Shown here one piece after another: positions 28,826 to 38,797 of a DNA stretch of 64,000 nt. The notes beneath the pieces were generated by a model that worked only from the letters and a program-made list of their open reading frames with translations, had not been told where the DNA came from and did no database searches. Source of the stretch: an uncultured Spirochaetota bacterium (GTDB lineage: Bacteria; Spirochaetota; Brevinematia; Brevinematales; JAOACQ01); the NCBI GenBank assembly GCA_963835575.1, contig CAWIGG010000002.1:1600001-1664000 (forward strand). Reading direction: 5' to 3'. A program made the position numbers and the translations under genes. Every line of letters begins with the position of its first letter. The stretch's first letter is position 1.

Positions 28826-30547
28826 GAGTCTGTCGAAAAAGTGATATTTAATGTAAATTATTATCGATATAGCTTAAAATAATGAATGAAATAAATCAAT
28901 AGCGGAAGGTTATATGGCAAGATACAAGACAGTTAATTATGAGCAGATGGAAATGATACCGCTCAATTTTTCAGATCAGCTGATCGAAGGAACATATGAA
29001 CACACACTCAATTTCCTAATCGAGGAAAAGGCTGACCTTTCCTGTTTTGATATAAATTATAAAAATGATAAAACAGGCTCGAAAGCGATTTCTCCGGCAA
29101 TTCTTCTGAAAATAATCCTTTTTGCCTATTCGAAAGGTATTACTACATCACGCAGGATTGAGGAAGCTTGCCGGGTGAATGTCATCTTCAAAGCCCTGTC
29201 CGGGAATACCGTTCCAGACCATTCCACTATAGCCGCTTTTGTTACCGGTATGAAAGACCGGATTAAAATAGTATTTCAGTTTGTGCTGATGGTCTGTTCT
29301 TCTGCGGGATTGATCGGCGGGGACATGTTCGCCGTTGACGGCTGTAAATTGCCTTCAAACGCTTCTAAAGAATGGAGCGGTACATTCAAAGACCTGAAAA
29401 AGAAACAGGAAAAGTTTGAAAAGCTGGCGGCATTTCTACTGGAAAAACACGCGCAAGCTGACTGCTCCGGCGAAAATGAAAAGTCTAAAGCGCTTCAAAA
29501 AAGATCGGAAAAAATACGGAAGAAAGCGGAGAAAATCGATGCCTTTCTCAAATCCCAGAATCCCAAATACGGCAAGCGGGGACGTGAAAACCAATCGAAT
29601 ATTACCGATAACGAAAGCGCGAAAATCAAGAGTTCCCACGGTGTGATACAAGGTTATAATGGACTTGCGGTAGTGGATTCAAAGCATCAGGTGATTACCG
29701 CGGCGGAAGCTTTTGGTTTAGGCCAGGAAGGGGAAGTATTGAAGCCGATGGTTGAAATAACGGAGGAAAATTTAAGCGTGATAAAAGGAGAAACAAATCC
29801 GCTGGAAGGAAAAACAATACTGGGGGACACGAATTATTTCAGCGAAGAAAATCTAAAATATCTGGCGGAAGAAAAGAAGATGGAAGCTGTGATACCGGAC
29901 AATCAATTTCGAGGGAGGGATGAACGGTTTACCGATCGGGGAAGGTTCAAGCCGAAACCGATGAAATACCGGGAACACGATTTTGAAAAAAATGAAGCTG
30001 ATAATACTTATATATGCCCGAATGGAAAAATATTAAGCTATAAGGGATACCAGAGGCAATTGAGTAATTTCGGCCATAAATATCAGGCCAGGCAGGCGGA
30101 TTGTTCAAAATGCGGGAAAAGGGGACAATGCTTAAAACATCCCGATAAGACAAGGCAAAGAACATTATATCTGGTGGACAAAAGAGGGGATAAAAACTAT
30201 TCAAAAGAAATGGTAAATAAAATTGATCTGCCGGAAATCAGGGATTTGTACAGCCGGAGGATGGGAATAATTGAGCCGGTATTCGGTAACATCCGTTCTT
30301 GTAAAGGTATGGACCGTTTTACGCTCAGGGGTAAGAGTAAGGTTAATATCCAGTGGCTTTTGTTCTGTATAGTGCATAATATTGGTAAAATCCAGATATT
30401 TGGTAAGATTTAAGGGGGTGTTCATAGCCATAATACCGGCTTGAAATTGGAAAAATGGAAAATCCGGATAGAGAAATGAAAAATGATACTCTATCCGGCT
30501 TTCAGAAGACAGTTTTTATTCTCGTTTTTGGCTTTTTCGACAGGGTC
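28826..30547 (+). mobile_element. IS1182-family insertion sequence
   Basis: IRs GAGTCTGTCGAAAAAG / CTTTTTCGACAGGGTC (14/16). GTT on both sides (28823-28825, 30548-30550). Confidence 0.9.
28914..30413 (+). CDS. IS1182-family transposase
   Basis: SRRIE..C, PDHSTIA, VDGCK, QGYN, GDTNY and IEPVFGNI motifs. Confidence 0.93.
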   Translation: MARYKTVNYEQMEMIPLNFSDQLIEGTYEHTLNFLIEEKADLSCFDINYKNDKTGSKAISPAILLKIILFAYSKGITTSRRIEEACRVNVIFKALSGNTVPDHSTIAAFVTGMKDRIKIVFQFVLMVCSSAGLIGGDMFAVDGCKLPSNASKEWSGTFKDLKKKQEKFEKLAAFLLEKHAQADCSGENEKSKALQKRSEKIRKKAEKIDAFLKSQNPKYGKRGRENQSNITDNESAKIKSSHGVIQGYNGLAVVDSKHQVITAAEAFGLGQEGEVLKPMVEITEENLSVIKGETNPLEGKTILGDTNYFSEENLKYLAEEKKMEAVIPDNQFRGRDERFTDRGRFKPKPMKYREHDFEKNEADNTYICPNGKILSYKGYQRQLSNFGHKYQARQADCSKCGKRGQCLKHPDKTRQRTLYLVDKRGDKNYSKEMVNKIDLPEIRDLYSRRMGIIEPVFGNIRSCKGMDRFTLRGKSKVNIQWLLFCIVHNIGKIQIFGKI

Positions 30548-30576
30548 GTTGTGTGAAGTAACCGTTGCAAACGGTT

Positions 30577-31188
30577 TCATTTATTTGCTTGTAATATAAT
30601 TGTATTCTTTTCTATCATTATCTTAATTTCTTTGAAACTATGTTTAGATAATGCTTCTCTATATTCTTTATCATTTTTAAGTCTAACAAAATCCCACCAT
30701 TTTGTTCCTTTTTTTGGATATCCATTTACTATTAAAAATATCCCATTCAGTTTCAAAACTCGTTTAATTTCATTAATAGATTTATCAAAATCATTCCAAA
30801 AATTTATAGTATCAAAAGCAGTAATAATATCAAAAAAATCATTCTCATAAAGTAGTTTGCTTACATCTCCTTGGATAATATTAACATTACCATCACGAAT
30901 ACCTTTTTTATTAATTTTTTTTGACAGACTAACCATATCCATAGAATGATCAATTCCAAATATTTTTGCATTTTTTAATAAAGAAGAAAAGATGCTTATT
31001 GTTTTTCCTCCACCACATCCAACATCAAGTATTGATATCTGATTTTTTATGTCAATCTTATCAATAAGATGCTTTTTAATGATCTTTTTGTATTGATTGT
31101 TATGAATCAAGTTCATTATTATTCCAGCAAATCGTCCTTTAATTCCTATAGGCTTTGATCCAATTGTCTGCATTTCATTAGTACTCAT
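30577..31188 (-). CDS. Class I SAM-dependent methyltransferase (AT-rich, cassette-like)
   Basis: ILDVGCGGG and EIKRVLK..G motifs. Visibly more AT-rich than flanking host genes. Confidence 0.9.
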   Translation of the reverse strand: MSTNEMQTIGSKPIGIKGRFAGIIMNLIHNNQYKKIIKKHLIDKIDIKNQISILDVGCGGGKTISIFSSLLKNAKIFGIDHSMDMVSLSKKINKKGIRDGNVNIIQGDVSKLLYENDFFDIITAFDTINFWNDFDKSINEIKRVLKLNGIFLIVNGYPKKGTKWWDFVRLKNDKEYREALSKHSFKEIKIMIEKNTIILQANK

Positions 31189-31294
31189 TATTTCTCCTTT
31201 GCAAAGTTATTTCGTACAAAAAGTGAGATTATTAAATATCCATCATAAAAATTATACTTCACTAACCCCCGCCTATGCAATATTTATAATAAAT

Positions 31295-31730
31295 TTTGAA
31301 TCCTGCTAATCCCGTTAAATCCTGAGAATCCTGTTCTATTGGGGTCTAACAACCCGCTTTAATAAAACAAGAAAGAATTTCTAAATCATAATCCCTTGTC
31401 CGCCAGGCATAGCCACTCCTTAACCCCGGTTCCCCGCCAACCTTCTCCGCATCAGCCAGATATCGGGTGAAATCAAAAGGCGGCATAGTGTAAAACTAAA
31501 TCCTATAAATCCGCCCTCATCCGTGAAAATCAGTGTGCAGAATCGGATATTATCTAAAAGAGTTGTTTATAAAATCTTTTTTTATAGCTATAAAGAATTG
31601 AAGTGAAAGCGATCTCCGTGTTCTCTGTGAACTCCGTGGCCGACCCCCGAAACCCTTCCCGACTTCCCGACTTCCTGTTAATCTTTACCGTTTCCTATTC
31701 GCGTCCATTCGCGTGGCTTAGCGGAAGATT
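31295..31730. repeat. Intergenic tract of ~9-bp-period repeats
   Basis: AATCCTGCTAATCCCGTTAAATCCTGAGAATCCTG, CTCCGTGTTCTCTGTGAACTCCGTGG, CTTCCCGACTTCCCGACTTCCTG, ATTCGCGTCCATTCGCGTGG. Confidence 0.75.
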
Positions 31731-33050
31731 TCACCACTTCCTCTTGAACCTGAAATAACTGTTAATAACTCCCGCCGAGACCTGCTCGGGAAAGAGATCC
31801 AGGACTTCTATGCCCAGCTTTCTCAAACCGGCTATGGTCTTGTTTCTTCTCAGGATCATATCGGCGCCGGCCGCCTTTAAATAGATATCCTTGCTTCCGC
31901 TGATATTCTGGTCCGCGATCTCGAAAATAGTTTTGTCCCTTAACAGCACTAATAAAACCATGTGATTTTTTTTGATGATGGATAAATGTTTGTAATAAAT
32001 TTTACTGTTGGAATCGTCGATTATATCCGTAAAAACGATAATCAGCGATCTCTTATTCAATTTTGACTGCAGAAAGCTGAAAGCGTTCTGGTAATCCGAT
32101 TCATAAAAATCATACTGAATGTCGGAAAGAAGCGCGTTCATTTTTTTTACTATTTTCATGTCTTTTGTAGGCGGCATATACCTTATGATTTCCTTTCCGA
32201 AAACCGTCAGGCTGATCCTGTCGCTGTTTTTTGCCGCCGCGTAGGCTAAAACAAGCGCAGAGTGGATGGCATAATCCAGCAAAGACATCCCGTCCACCTC
32301 GGACGCCATCAGCCTGCCGCTGTCTAAAAGTATAGAGAGATGCAGATTATTATCGATCCTGTAAATCCGGGTCACGGGCCTTTTTATTCTCGCCGTAGCC
32401 TTCCAATCTATCTTGCCGAAATCATCTCCTTTTATATAGTCTCTCAGCATCTCAAAATTTGTTCCGTCGCCGTAAATGCGGTTTTTCTGATTGCCTTCCG
32501 ACATCCTGATCTCTTTTTGTATCAGCTTAAAGCTCGAGGAATGCGTGCTTAATGAAGGAATAACCTGGAAGGTTATATGAACAGGGTGCTTCCTGTAAAA
32601 TATCAAAAGCCTGAAAAGAGAAAAGCCTTTGATGAAAATATTTTTTATGGTGTACTCGCCCCTTCTGCCGGCGTAAAGCTTGAATTTATGCTCAAAGAGG
32701 TCCCCGGGAAATATCCGTATCAATTCCTTTCCGTAATCCCTTTTGAATGAACTGTCCAGGTCCAGCAGGAAATAAAACCGGAGAGGAAATTTATTTTTGT
32801 TCTCTATTTGAAGCGTACAGATATTATAAGAGTGAACACTCATGATATGCGGCATCACCAGATTGAGGCGCAGGTCCTTTTTATAACCCGGGCTGAAAGC
32901 GAGATCGATGAATAGAAAGATGACAATCAATCCGTCCATCATAAAACTGACCGGCAGGAGGATTTTGATCCAGAAAGAAGCGGCTAAGAGGACAAGCGGA
33001 ACTATAAATAGATAGAGAACCGCCTTTCCGGGAATAATTCCGTTTCTCAT
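31731..33050 (-). CDS. DUF58 protein with an N-terminal membrane anchor
   Basis: FEMLRDY..GDD...IDWKATAR, DSGRLM and KRSLIIVFTD motifs. Confidence 0.9.
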   Translation of the reverse strand: MRNGIIPGKAVLYLFIVPLVLLAASFWIKILLPVSFMMDGLIVIFLFIDLAFSPGYKKDLRLNLVMPHIMSVHSYNICTLQIENKNKFPLRFYFLLDLDSSFKRDYGKELIRIFPGDLFEHKFKLYAGRRGEYTIKNIFIKGFSLFRLLIFYRKHPVHITFQVIPSLSTHSSSFKLIQKEIRMSEGNQKNRIYGDGTNFEMLRDYIKGDDFGKIDWKATARIKRPVTRIYRIDNNLHLSILLDSGRLMASEVDGMSLLDYAIHSALVLAYAAAKNSDRISLTVFGKEIIRYMPPTKDMKIVKKMNALLSDIQYDFYESDYQNAFSFLQSKLNKRSLIIVFTDIIDDSNSKIYYKHLSIIKKNHMVLLVLLRDKTIFEIADQNISGSKDIYLKAAGADMILRRNKTIAGLRKLGIEVLDLFPEQVSAGVINSYFRFKRKW

Positions 33051-34024
33051 CTGGGCACCACTACCTTGCCGAGGACCGATTGTACAAAATCATCCGTGGT
33101 CCTCCCCTCGATTTCAGCGTCGGTCTCCAGAATGATCCTGTGCCTCAGGACCGGATAAGCGCACATTCTGACATCGTCTGGCACAATAAAATCCCTGCCG
33201 TTCACAACGGCAAGGGCTCTGGAGGACTTTAAGAGCGCGATTGTTGCCCTCGGCGACGCTCCAATACTGATCCCCGACGTTTTCCTGGTCGCGTCGATGA
33301 TCTGCATGATATATTCCAGGATCTTCTCATCCACATTGACGACATTAAGCGAGCTTTTATAGGCCTTGAACTCATCCTGACTGCAGACTTTCTGCAGATC
33401 GGCCTTGTCCAGCTCTTCCGATTCAAATCCGTCCCGGAACATGATCAGCATATCCTTTTCATCATTATAAGCCGGGTACCTGACCAGCACCTTAAACATA
33501 AAGCGGTCTATCTGCGCCTCGGGAAGCGGATATGTCCCTTCATACTCTATGGGGTTCTGCGTGGCGATGGTAATGAACGGCTCTTCCAGTTTATAGACAA
33601 CGCCGTCGATAGTCACCTGTTTTTCCTGCATCACTTCCAGAAGCGCGGACTGCGTTTTGGCGGGAGCGCGGTTGATTTCGTCCGCCAGGAGGAAATTGGT
33701 AAAAACCGGGCCTTTCCGGATATAAAACTGGTTCTTGATATTATCATATATTGTCGTTCCGATAATATCCGCCGGCATAAGATCGGGCGTAAACTGGATC
33801 CTTTTAAAATTGACGCCGATAATGCGCGACAGCGCGTTGGCAATGAGTGTTTTGCCGAGGCCAGGATATCCCTCGATCAGGACATGACCTCCGTTTAAAA
33901 GGGCCAGAACGATAAACTGGATCACTTCATCCTGGCCTTTGATGACCTTTTTAAGCTCCGCTGTGATTTTCTGAAACAGGTTCCTGAAATCCTCAGGACT
34001 TTTTTTCTGCAGCTTTCTTTCCAT
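33047..34024 (-). CDS. moxR: MoxR-family AAA+ ATPase
   Basis: G.PGLGKT, RIQFTPDLMPADI, DEINRAPAKTQSALLE and NPIE.EGTYPLPEAQ.DRF motifs. Confidence 0.95.
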   Translation of the reverse strand: MERKLQKKSPEDFRNLFQKITAELKKVIKGQDEVIQFIVLALLNGGHVLIEGYPGLGKTLIANALSRIIGVNFKRIQFTPDLMPADIIGTTIYDNIKNQFYIRKGPVFTNFLLADEINRAPAKTQSALLEVMQEKQVTIDGVVYKLEEPFITIATQNPIEYEGTYPLPEAQIDRFMFKVLVRYPAYNDEKDMLIMFRDGFESEELDKADLQKVCSQDEFKAYKSSLNVVNVDEKILEYIMQIIDATRKTSGISIGASPRATIALLKSSRALAVVNGRDFIVPDDVRMCAYPVLRHRIILETDAEIEGRTTDDFVQSVLGKVVVPR

Positions 34025-35222
34025 AATCTTCACCCTTCTCTATTATTTTTATAAACTTGTATCTTTCCATTTCAATCAGCGCCAGATTGTAGACCTGGTT
34101 CCGCTGGAATATATCGATTTCACCGCTGCCTTTATAACGGTTCCTGAGTTCACTGATCAATTCTTCCAGGTTCCTTCCCGGGAAAAGCCTCGCGAGCTTT
34201 TCAAAAAAGTATTCATCGAAAATGTCCGCCAGGGCCCTGTTGCTGCCGCTGTTCAATAAAAAATTGCCCACGGCCTGGATATGATTTCTGACGGACCTTT
34301 TCTTATATTGATTAAAATCCAGGATGTTGCCGAACCTTTTGTAATGAGCCAGGAAAAAAACAATTCCCAGGATAAGGAGCTGAAGAACAATATAGGGAAA
34401 ACTGCCCATTGTGAGAAAACTTTCTTTTTTATGCAGGTTCATTAATCTCTTCTGTTCCTTCATGGCTTTTGTCTCATCAAATACAATGAGACTATGGTAA
34501 TAATCCTTGAAAAGATTATTGAGCAGTACCGCGTTATCTTCTTTCAAGATGTTCTTGTCAGAAAACATAAAACCATCGCTGATAAACAGGATCTCCGCTT
34601 CATGATAAACGGCTTTTCTGATGATGCTGTTCCCGTTTACCCGCAGGATTGTTGAATATTCCATTTCTTTATCAGTATATTCAAAATTACTGCTGTCGAT
34701 GACACTTTTTCCATCTATTTTAAGCCTATGAACGTCTTTTAAGAGCGGATCGGACGAATTAACAGAGATATTCAATAAATCCCGGGGGCCGCTTATAGTA
34801 TTCATTGTTTTTAAATTTGAATTTCCTTCGCCTTTCCCGGTTTCATCCTGCGATTCATCACTTGAATTATTTTCATTTTCATTCGACGTGCCGGCCTGTT
34901 TCTCTTTAAGAAAAACAATCAATCTCTTATTTTTTTTAAACCATTTTTTAAATTTTATAAAATTTTCTTCATTCCAGACATCCTCAATAACTATACAGCC
35001 GGCCGGATCCATCAGATAATCATACTGCTGAATGGAAATCATATATCCCATTTTCTGAAGCATTTCAAACATAAGATTCCATTGATTGTATTGCAGATAT
35101 TTATCAAACGGCACTTTTTCATTCGAAGGCGTTGTTTTAAAAAGCGGTGATAAAATATAAATCAAGAATATGATCGCGCTGAGAATGACGGATATAAAAA
35201 GGATCAATACCGCTTTTCTCAT
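33993..35222 (-). CDS. DUF4350-like membrane protein of the MoxR cluster
   Basis: DNAVLL.NL, IVFDE, a transmembrane helix then KRFG. Located upstream of moxR. Confidence 0.7.
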   Translation of the reverse strand: MRKAVLILFISVILSAIIFLIYILSPLFKTTPSNEKVPFDKYLQYNQWNLMFEMLQKMGYMISIQQYDYLMDPAGCIVIEDVWNEENFIKFKKWFKKNKRLIVFLKEKQAGTSNENENNSSDESQDETGKGEGNSNLKTMNTISGPRDLLNISVNSSDPLLKDVHRLKIDGKSVIDSSNFEYTDKEMEYSTILRVNGNSIIRKAVYHEAEILFISDGFMFSDKNILKEDNAVLLNNLFKDYYHSLIVFDETKAMKEQKRLMNLHKKESFLTMGSFPYIVLQLLILGIVFFLAHYKRFGNILDFNQYKKRSVRNHIQAVGNFLLNSGSNRALADIFDEYFFEKLARLFPGRNLEELISELRNRYKGSGEIDIFQRNQVYNLALIEMERYKFIKIIEKGEDYGKKAAEKKS

Positions 35223-35854
35223 AATTTATAATCCCTGATCAAATTAAATTCTTTGTAGCAATAGGCAAAATCTTTCTCTGCGGCCGGATAATTATCAAAC
35301 AGCACTTTTTCAGCTATCTCATAAATATTTCTGAACGCCTGCTGTAATTCCGGCGCTTTAATCTTGAAAAACAGCATCAGGTTCGTCATATTTTTATTAT
35401 AATTCACACCCAGGCGCACAAGCTCCAGGGCGGAACACCGGTGCAGATAAACCACAGCTTCCGGATATTTCCTGTCTTTGATATAGCTGTCAATGATTTC
35501 CTGATCAAAAGAAATCAGCTCCAGTTTTTCCCCGGTTTCAATGGTTTTTATTGTCCCGTAGACATTGAATGAAATATTGCTGAAGATAAAGTAGATGATT
35601 GTGACAACAATGATCGTTATAATGAGGATAATGACGGCTGTCGTGATATTTTTTATGTTCTTCCAGTCAATGATTATCTTTTGGGCCGAATCAGGCCGCT
35701 GATTCATCTCTTTATTTATTTTCTCAAGCGTATTGATCATTTCCTGGGCAGTGTTTTTTACTTTTTTCTGGTCCGGCGTCTTTTGAAACAAATTACAGCC
35801 GGTTAAGATAATCAAAGCGGTTAACAACAAAAGAACAGGCTTTAAAAATTTCAT
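35219..35854 (-). CDS. Lipoprotein-like membrane protein (DUF4129-like C-terminus)
   Basis: LTGC lipobox-like sequence, a TM helix, Y.EAV.YL and MTN patterns, plus cluster context. Confidence 0.6.
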   Translation of the reverse strand: MKFLKPVLLLLTALIILTGCNLFQKTPDQKKVKNTAQEMINTLEKINKEMNQRPDSAQKIIIDWKNIKNITTAVIILIITIIVVTIIYFIFSNISFNVYGTIKTIETGEKLELISFDQEIIDSYIKDRKYPEAVVYLHRCSALELVRLGVNYNKNMTNLMLFFKIKAPELQQAFRNIYEIAEKVLFDNYPAAEKDFAYCYKEFNLIRDYKL

Positions 35855-35968
35855 TATCTATAAGTCCTTGAATTTAAATTAATGAGTTAATTGCTTCAGC
35901 CATTAGTTATATCTTGTAAACTATTAAAAATTAAAACAATCTGTTTTTATTAAAAAAATAAAACCATT

Positions 35969-35993
35969 CCCCCCGTATTAAAAATACGGGGGG
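35969..35993 (-). terminator. Intra-operon hairpin (terminator or stabiliser)
   Basis: CCCCCCGTATT-AAA-AATACGGGGGG, followed at a short distance by T-rich sequence on the minus strand. Confidence 0.55.
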
Positions 35994-36032
35994 CATATAA
36001 CATTATAAATTAACTGCTGAAGAGCCCCGGCT

Positions 36033-36980
36033 TTATTTATTCTCAGGAGCTTTTATTTCCTGGACATAATCCTTTACCAGACTTTCCACTCCGAAGCTTT
36101 CATACCTGATTTTCTGGTTGTAAAAGATCGATACGATAAACGCGGCGGCAACGGCCCCTAAAAATAATTCGAGCAGTATGTAGAATAACGCATAAACGCC
36201 GACACTGATCATCATAATCATGGCCGAACCGCTGAAAATAAAGTTGAATAATTGAAAGACCGCTCCGAAAATGATCGCGATAAAAATCAATAGAAGGAAA
36301 AGGAGTAAATAAGCCCCGACCAAACCAAAGAAATTATAACTTCCCAGCTTAAAAGCGCGCATCACGGCCTGTCCGCCGGGTAGATTTTCCTTGATAATAA
36401 CCGGGCAAACCATCGCGTAAACAACGGCGACATACAGCATAAAGATTATTAACGCGATGTATCCGATGATAATACCCGCGATCTTTAATATGAGCATTAA
36501 GATGGCAAGAACTATTCCGGCGCCGATGGCGATGGCAAGTCCGATCCCGATCATAGGGAGCAGGCTGAACATGAGCGAGCCCAGCTTCTTCCCCACGACT
36601 TTGAATGATTCCCTTAATGTCCATTTTTCTCCGACAAAGGATTGGAGAAAGAGATGGCTCATCAGGCCGCTGTAAAACATGGCCGGAATCAGTAAAAGAA
36701 TTATCAGAACAAAAGTCCAGCCCATAATCGGTCCGGCCAGCGACATAACCTGACTGCTGGACATGCTTGAAATATCGCTTACAATGTTTGAAAACTGCCC
36801 CGTGATTTTTGTGTAAAAACCGCCGAAATACAACAGAGCGCCGATTGCCCCGAACAGCACTAATAAAAAGAGGAAAAACAACAGATTGATCTTTAAAACA
36901 TCCTTGAACTTGCTGAAGCTCATACGGAAAGTTTTGTCAAACAGGCTGCCTACACCCATGGGTTTCAACTCCACACTCAT
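36033..36980 (-). CDS. Polytopic membrane protein of the MoxR/SpoIIM cluster
   Basis: LKPM.VG..FD.TF N-terminus, about six TM segments, Y....R.E C-terminal motif. Confidence 0.75.
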   Translation of the reverse strand: MSVELKPMGVGSLFDKTFRMSFSKFKDVLKINLLFFLFLLVLFGAIGALLYFGGFYTKITGQFSNIVSDISSMSSSQVMSLAGPIMGWTFVLIILLLIPAMFYSGLMSHLFLQSFVGEKWTLRESFKVVGKKLGSLMFSLLPMIGIGLAIAIGAGIVLAILMLILKIAGIIIGYIALIIFMLYVAVVYAMVCPVIIKENLPGGQAVMRAFKLGSYNFFGLVGAYLLLFLLLIFIAIIFGAVFQLFNFIFSGSAMIMMISVGVYALFYILLELFLGAVAAAFIVSIFYNQKIRYESFGVESLVKDYVQEIKAPENK

Positions 36981-36990
36981 TTTATCCTCC

Positions 36991-38004
36991 TTACGATATT
37001 TGGTCTTTATTAGATTTTACAATAATATATTTGAAAGAAAAGAAAATGATCAAACAAAACGACAGCGCCGCGATACCCAGTTTAAACCAATAGCTTAATT
37101 TCGAGGGCGAAATAAATCCTTCAACAAACGCGGCGCAGAATATAAATAACGCGCCTGTTAGCAATACCGGGATGATTTCCCGCGCTTTTTTATTAAGCGC
37201 CGTTGTTCTCTTCTCTTCATTATTGTAGATTAAAGACAAACCTATAGCGAGACCGGCCCCGGCCGTCAGGCATAAACCCAGGAGCTCAAAAGCCGAATGG
37301 GCGGTAATAAACCCGATCAGGTTTTTCCCATAACCGGCCGACACTACCAATCCGAAAACAGCCCCGATGGAAACGGCATTACTGAAGACAATATAGAGGG
37401 TCCCGGCGCCGAATGTTATGCCGAGAACAAAACTTAAAAAACCAATGGTAATATTATTCCGGATATAGTAACCGGACATGACAATATTGTCAAAGAAGTT
37501 CCTCTGCGCCGCTATATCGCCGCTGTAAGATTTTTTCATCATATCGATCAGGTCCTCCGGCAGAACATAACCGGCCCAGTCAGGGTGATTATATATGATC
37601 AAGAAAGTCGTTATTAATACGCTGAAAAACAGGATTAATATAACCGCGATCGGTTTAATATTTTTTATAAAGGCCCTGGAAAAATCATTTGTGAAGAAAT
37701 TCAGCAAATCCCTGATTTCTTTTTTCGGCGGCATATAGATTATATTGTGCGCATACTGGACAAGCCTTGAGATATAGTCAATAGTGTCCGGCGACAATTC
37801 AAGCGTCCTGGCCAGCTCAGAATCTGTGCAGACCTTTCTGTATAAATTCGGCAGTTCTCTTATTTCTTCTTTTGTCAGGGAATGGACCATTCCATTATGC
37901 GCCTTTTTAATGATCTTTTCCAGGGCTATCCAGTATTCTTTCCTTTCCTCAATAAAGCGCTCAGACCTGGTCATTTTTTTTAAAATTGCCGCCGCCTGTT
38001 CCAT
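36991..38004 (-). CDS. SpoIIM-family membrane protein
   Basis: LYR....D...AR, NNI, H.AFEL and AAFVEGFISP motifs. Confidence 0.88.
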   Translation of the reverse strand: MEQAAAILKKMTRSERFIEERKEYWIALEKIIKKAHNGMVHSLTKEEIRELPNLYRKVCTDSELARTLELSPDTIDYISRLVQYAHNIIYMPPKKEIRDLLNFFTNDFSRAFIKNIKPIAVILILFFSVLITTFLIIYNHPDWAGYVLPEDLIDMMKKSYSGDIAAQRNFFDNIVMSGYYIRNNITIGFLSFVLGITFGAGTLYIVFSNAVSIGAVFGLVVSAGYGKNLIGFITAHSAFELLGLCLTAGAGLAIGLSLIYNNEEKRTTALNKKAREIIPVLLTGALFIFCAAFVEGFISPSKLSYWFKLGIAALSFCLIIFFSFKYIIVKSNKDQIS

Positions 38005-38005
38005 A

Positions 38006-38797
38006 TTACTGATCCTTATGACTTTCGTATATTTTCTGCAGGTAGAGAAGGCTGTCCGTATAATCTTCATCATCCCGCAGCGTGTTTTTTATTTTTAATG
38101 CCAGCTGATCAGAGAGTTCATGCTGTTTGTCAAGGCTGAATTTACTCAAATTATTTAAAAAATTCCTGATGATATACAGATCTTCCTCGCCGAGCTTCTT
38201 ATGAAGAAACTTCTGCACAGGTTTTTGAATTGTATTGACAACGAAAAAATCCGGGAATTGAAAGCTTTTTTTATCTTCATTGATGACAATGGTCTCCGCG
38301 GCAAGGTCCCCGATCCTTCTGAACTCCCTGTTAAAAATAATGCAGAAAAACGCGCCCAGATAAAGTGTTGTCTGCTGATCAAAAATCCGGATGAAATTCC
38401 TGAGAATGATGGATGTGATATCCAGGGGCTTGCCGTTATAGTTTATCACCCGGAGCCCGAAAACGGCCTTCCCGGGCGTTTTACCGTTCATGAGTGTCTC
38501 AAAAAAAATAAAATATCCCCATTGCAGAACAAAATCCAATATCATAAAAAAGAAAACGCTGACGCGTCCGATCGCATTGTTCCTGAAAAGATCTCTGATA
38601 GATCCGGCATTGGTAAATATATTGATGATATTCAGGATTCTCAGAAGCAAATAGATAATAAATATAATGGAGTACATAATAAAAATATCTATAAGCACGG
38701 CCAGAAGCCTGGAAAAAGGACTGGCAATTTTATATGGGATCTCGATTTGCTCCGGCGATTCGATATAAATAATATCGCTTCTGACATTTGTTGTGAT
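38006..38797 (-). CDS. RDD-family protein (start codon ambiguous)
   Basis: IESPEQIEIPYKIA..FSR..A..ID, GKTPGK, LRN..R.FD and RRIGDLAAET motifs. The frame is open upstream of GTG 38698 with no canonical start. Confidence 0.8.
   Translation of the reverse strand: MTTNVRSDIIYIESPEQIEIPYKIASPFSRLLAVLIDIFIMYSIIFIIYLLLRILNIINIFTNAGSIRDLFRNNAIGRVSVFFFMILDFVLQWGYFIFFETLMNGKTPGKAVFGLRVINYNGKPLDITSIILRNFIRIFDQQTTLYLGAFFCIIFNREFRRIGDLAAETIVINEDKKSFQFPDFFVVNTIQKPVQKFLHKKLGEEDLYIIRNFLNNLSKFSLDKQHELSDQLALKIKNTLRDDEDYTDSLLYLQKIYESHKDQ

Noticed and set aside
30548..31220. Complete integron or full attC sites
   Set aside because: No integrase in the window, and I could not identify L boxes or a complete attC hairpin. 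Only the outer core-like ends are visible.
31347..31486. 46-codon minus-strand ORF (MPPFDFTRYLADAEK...)
   Set aside because: No RBS or recognisable family, and it lies inside a repeat tract. It may be a relic but is unsupported.
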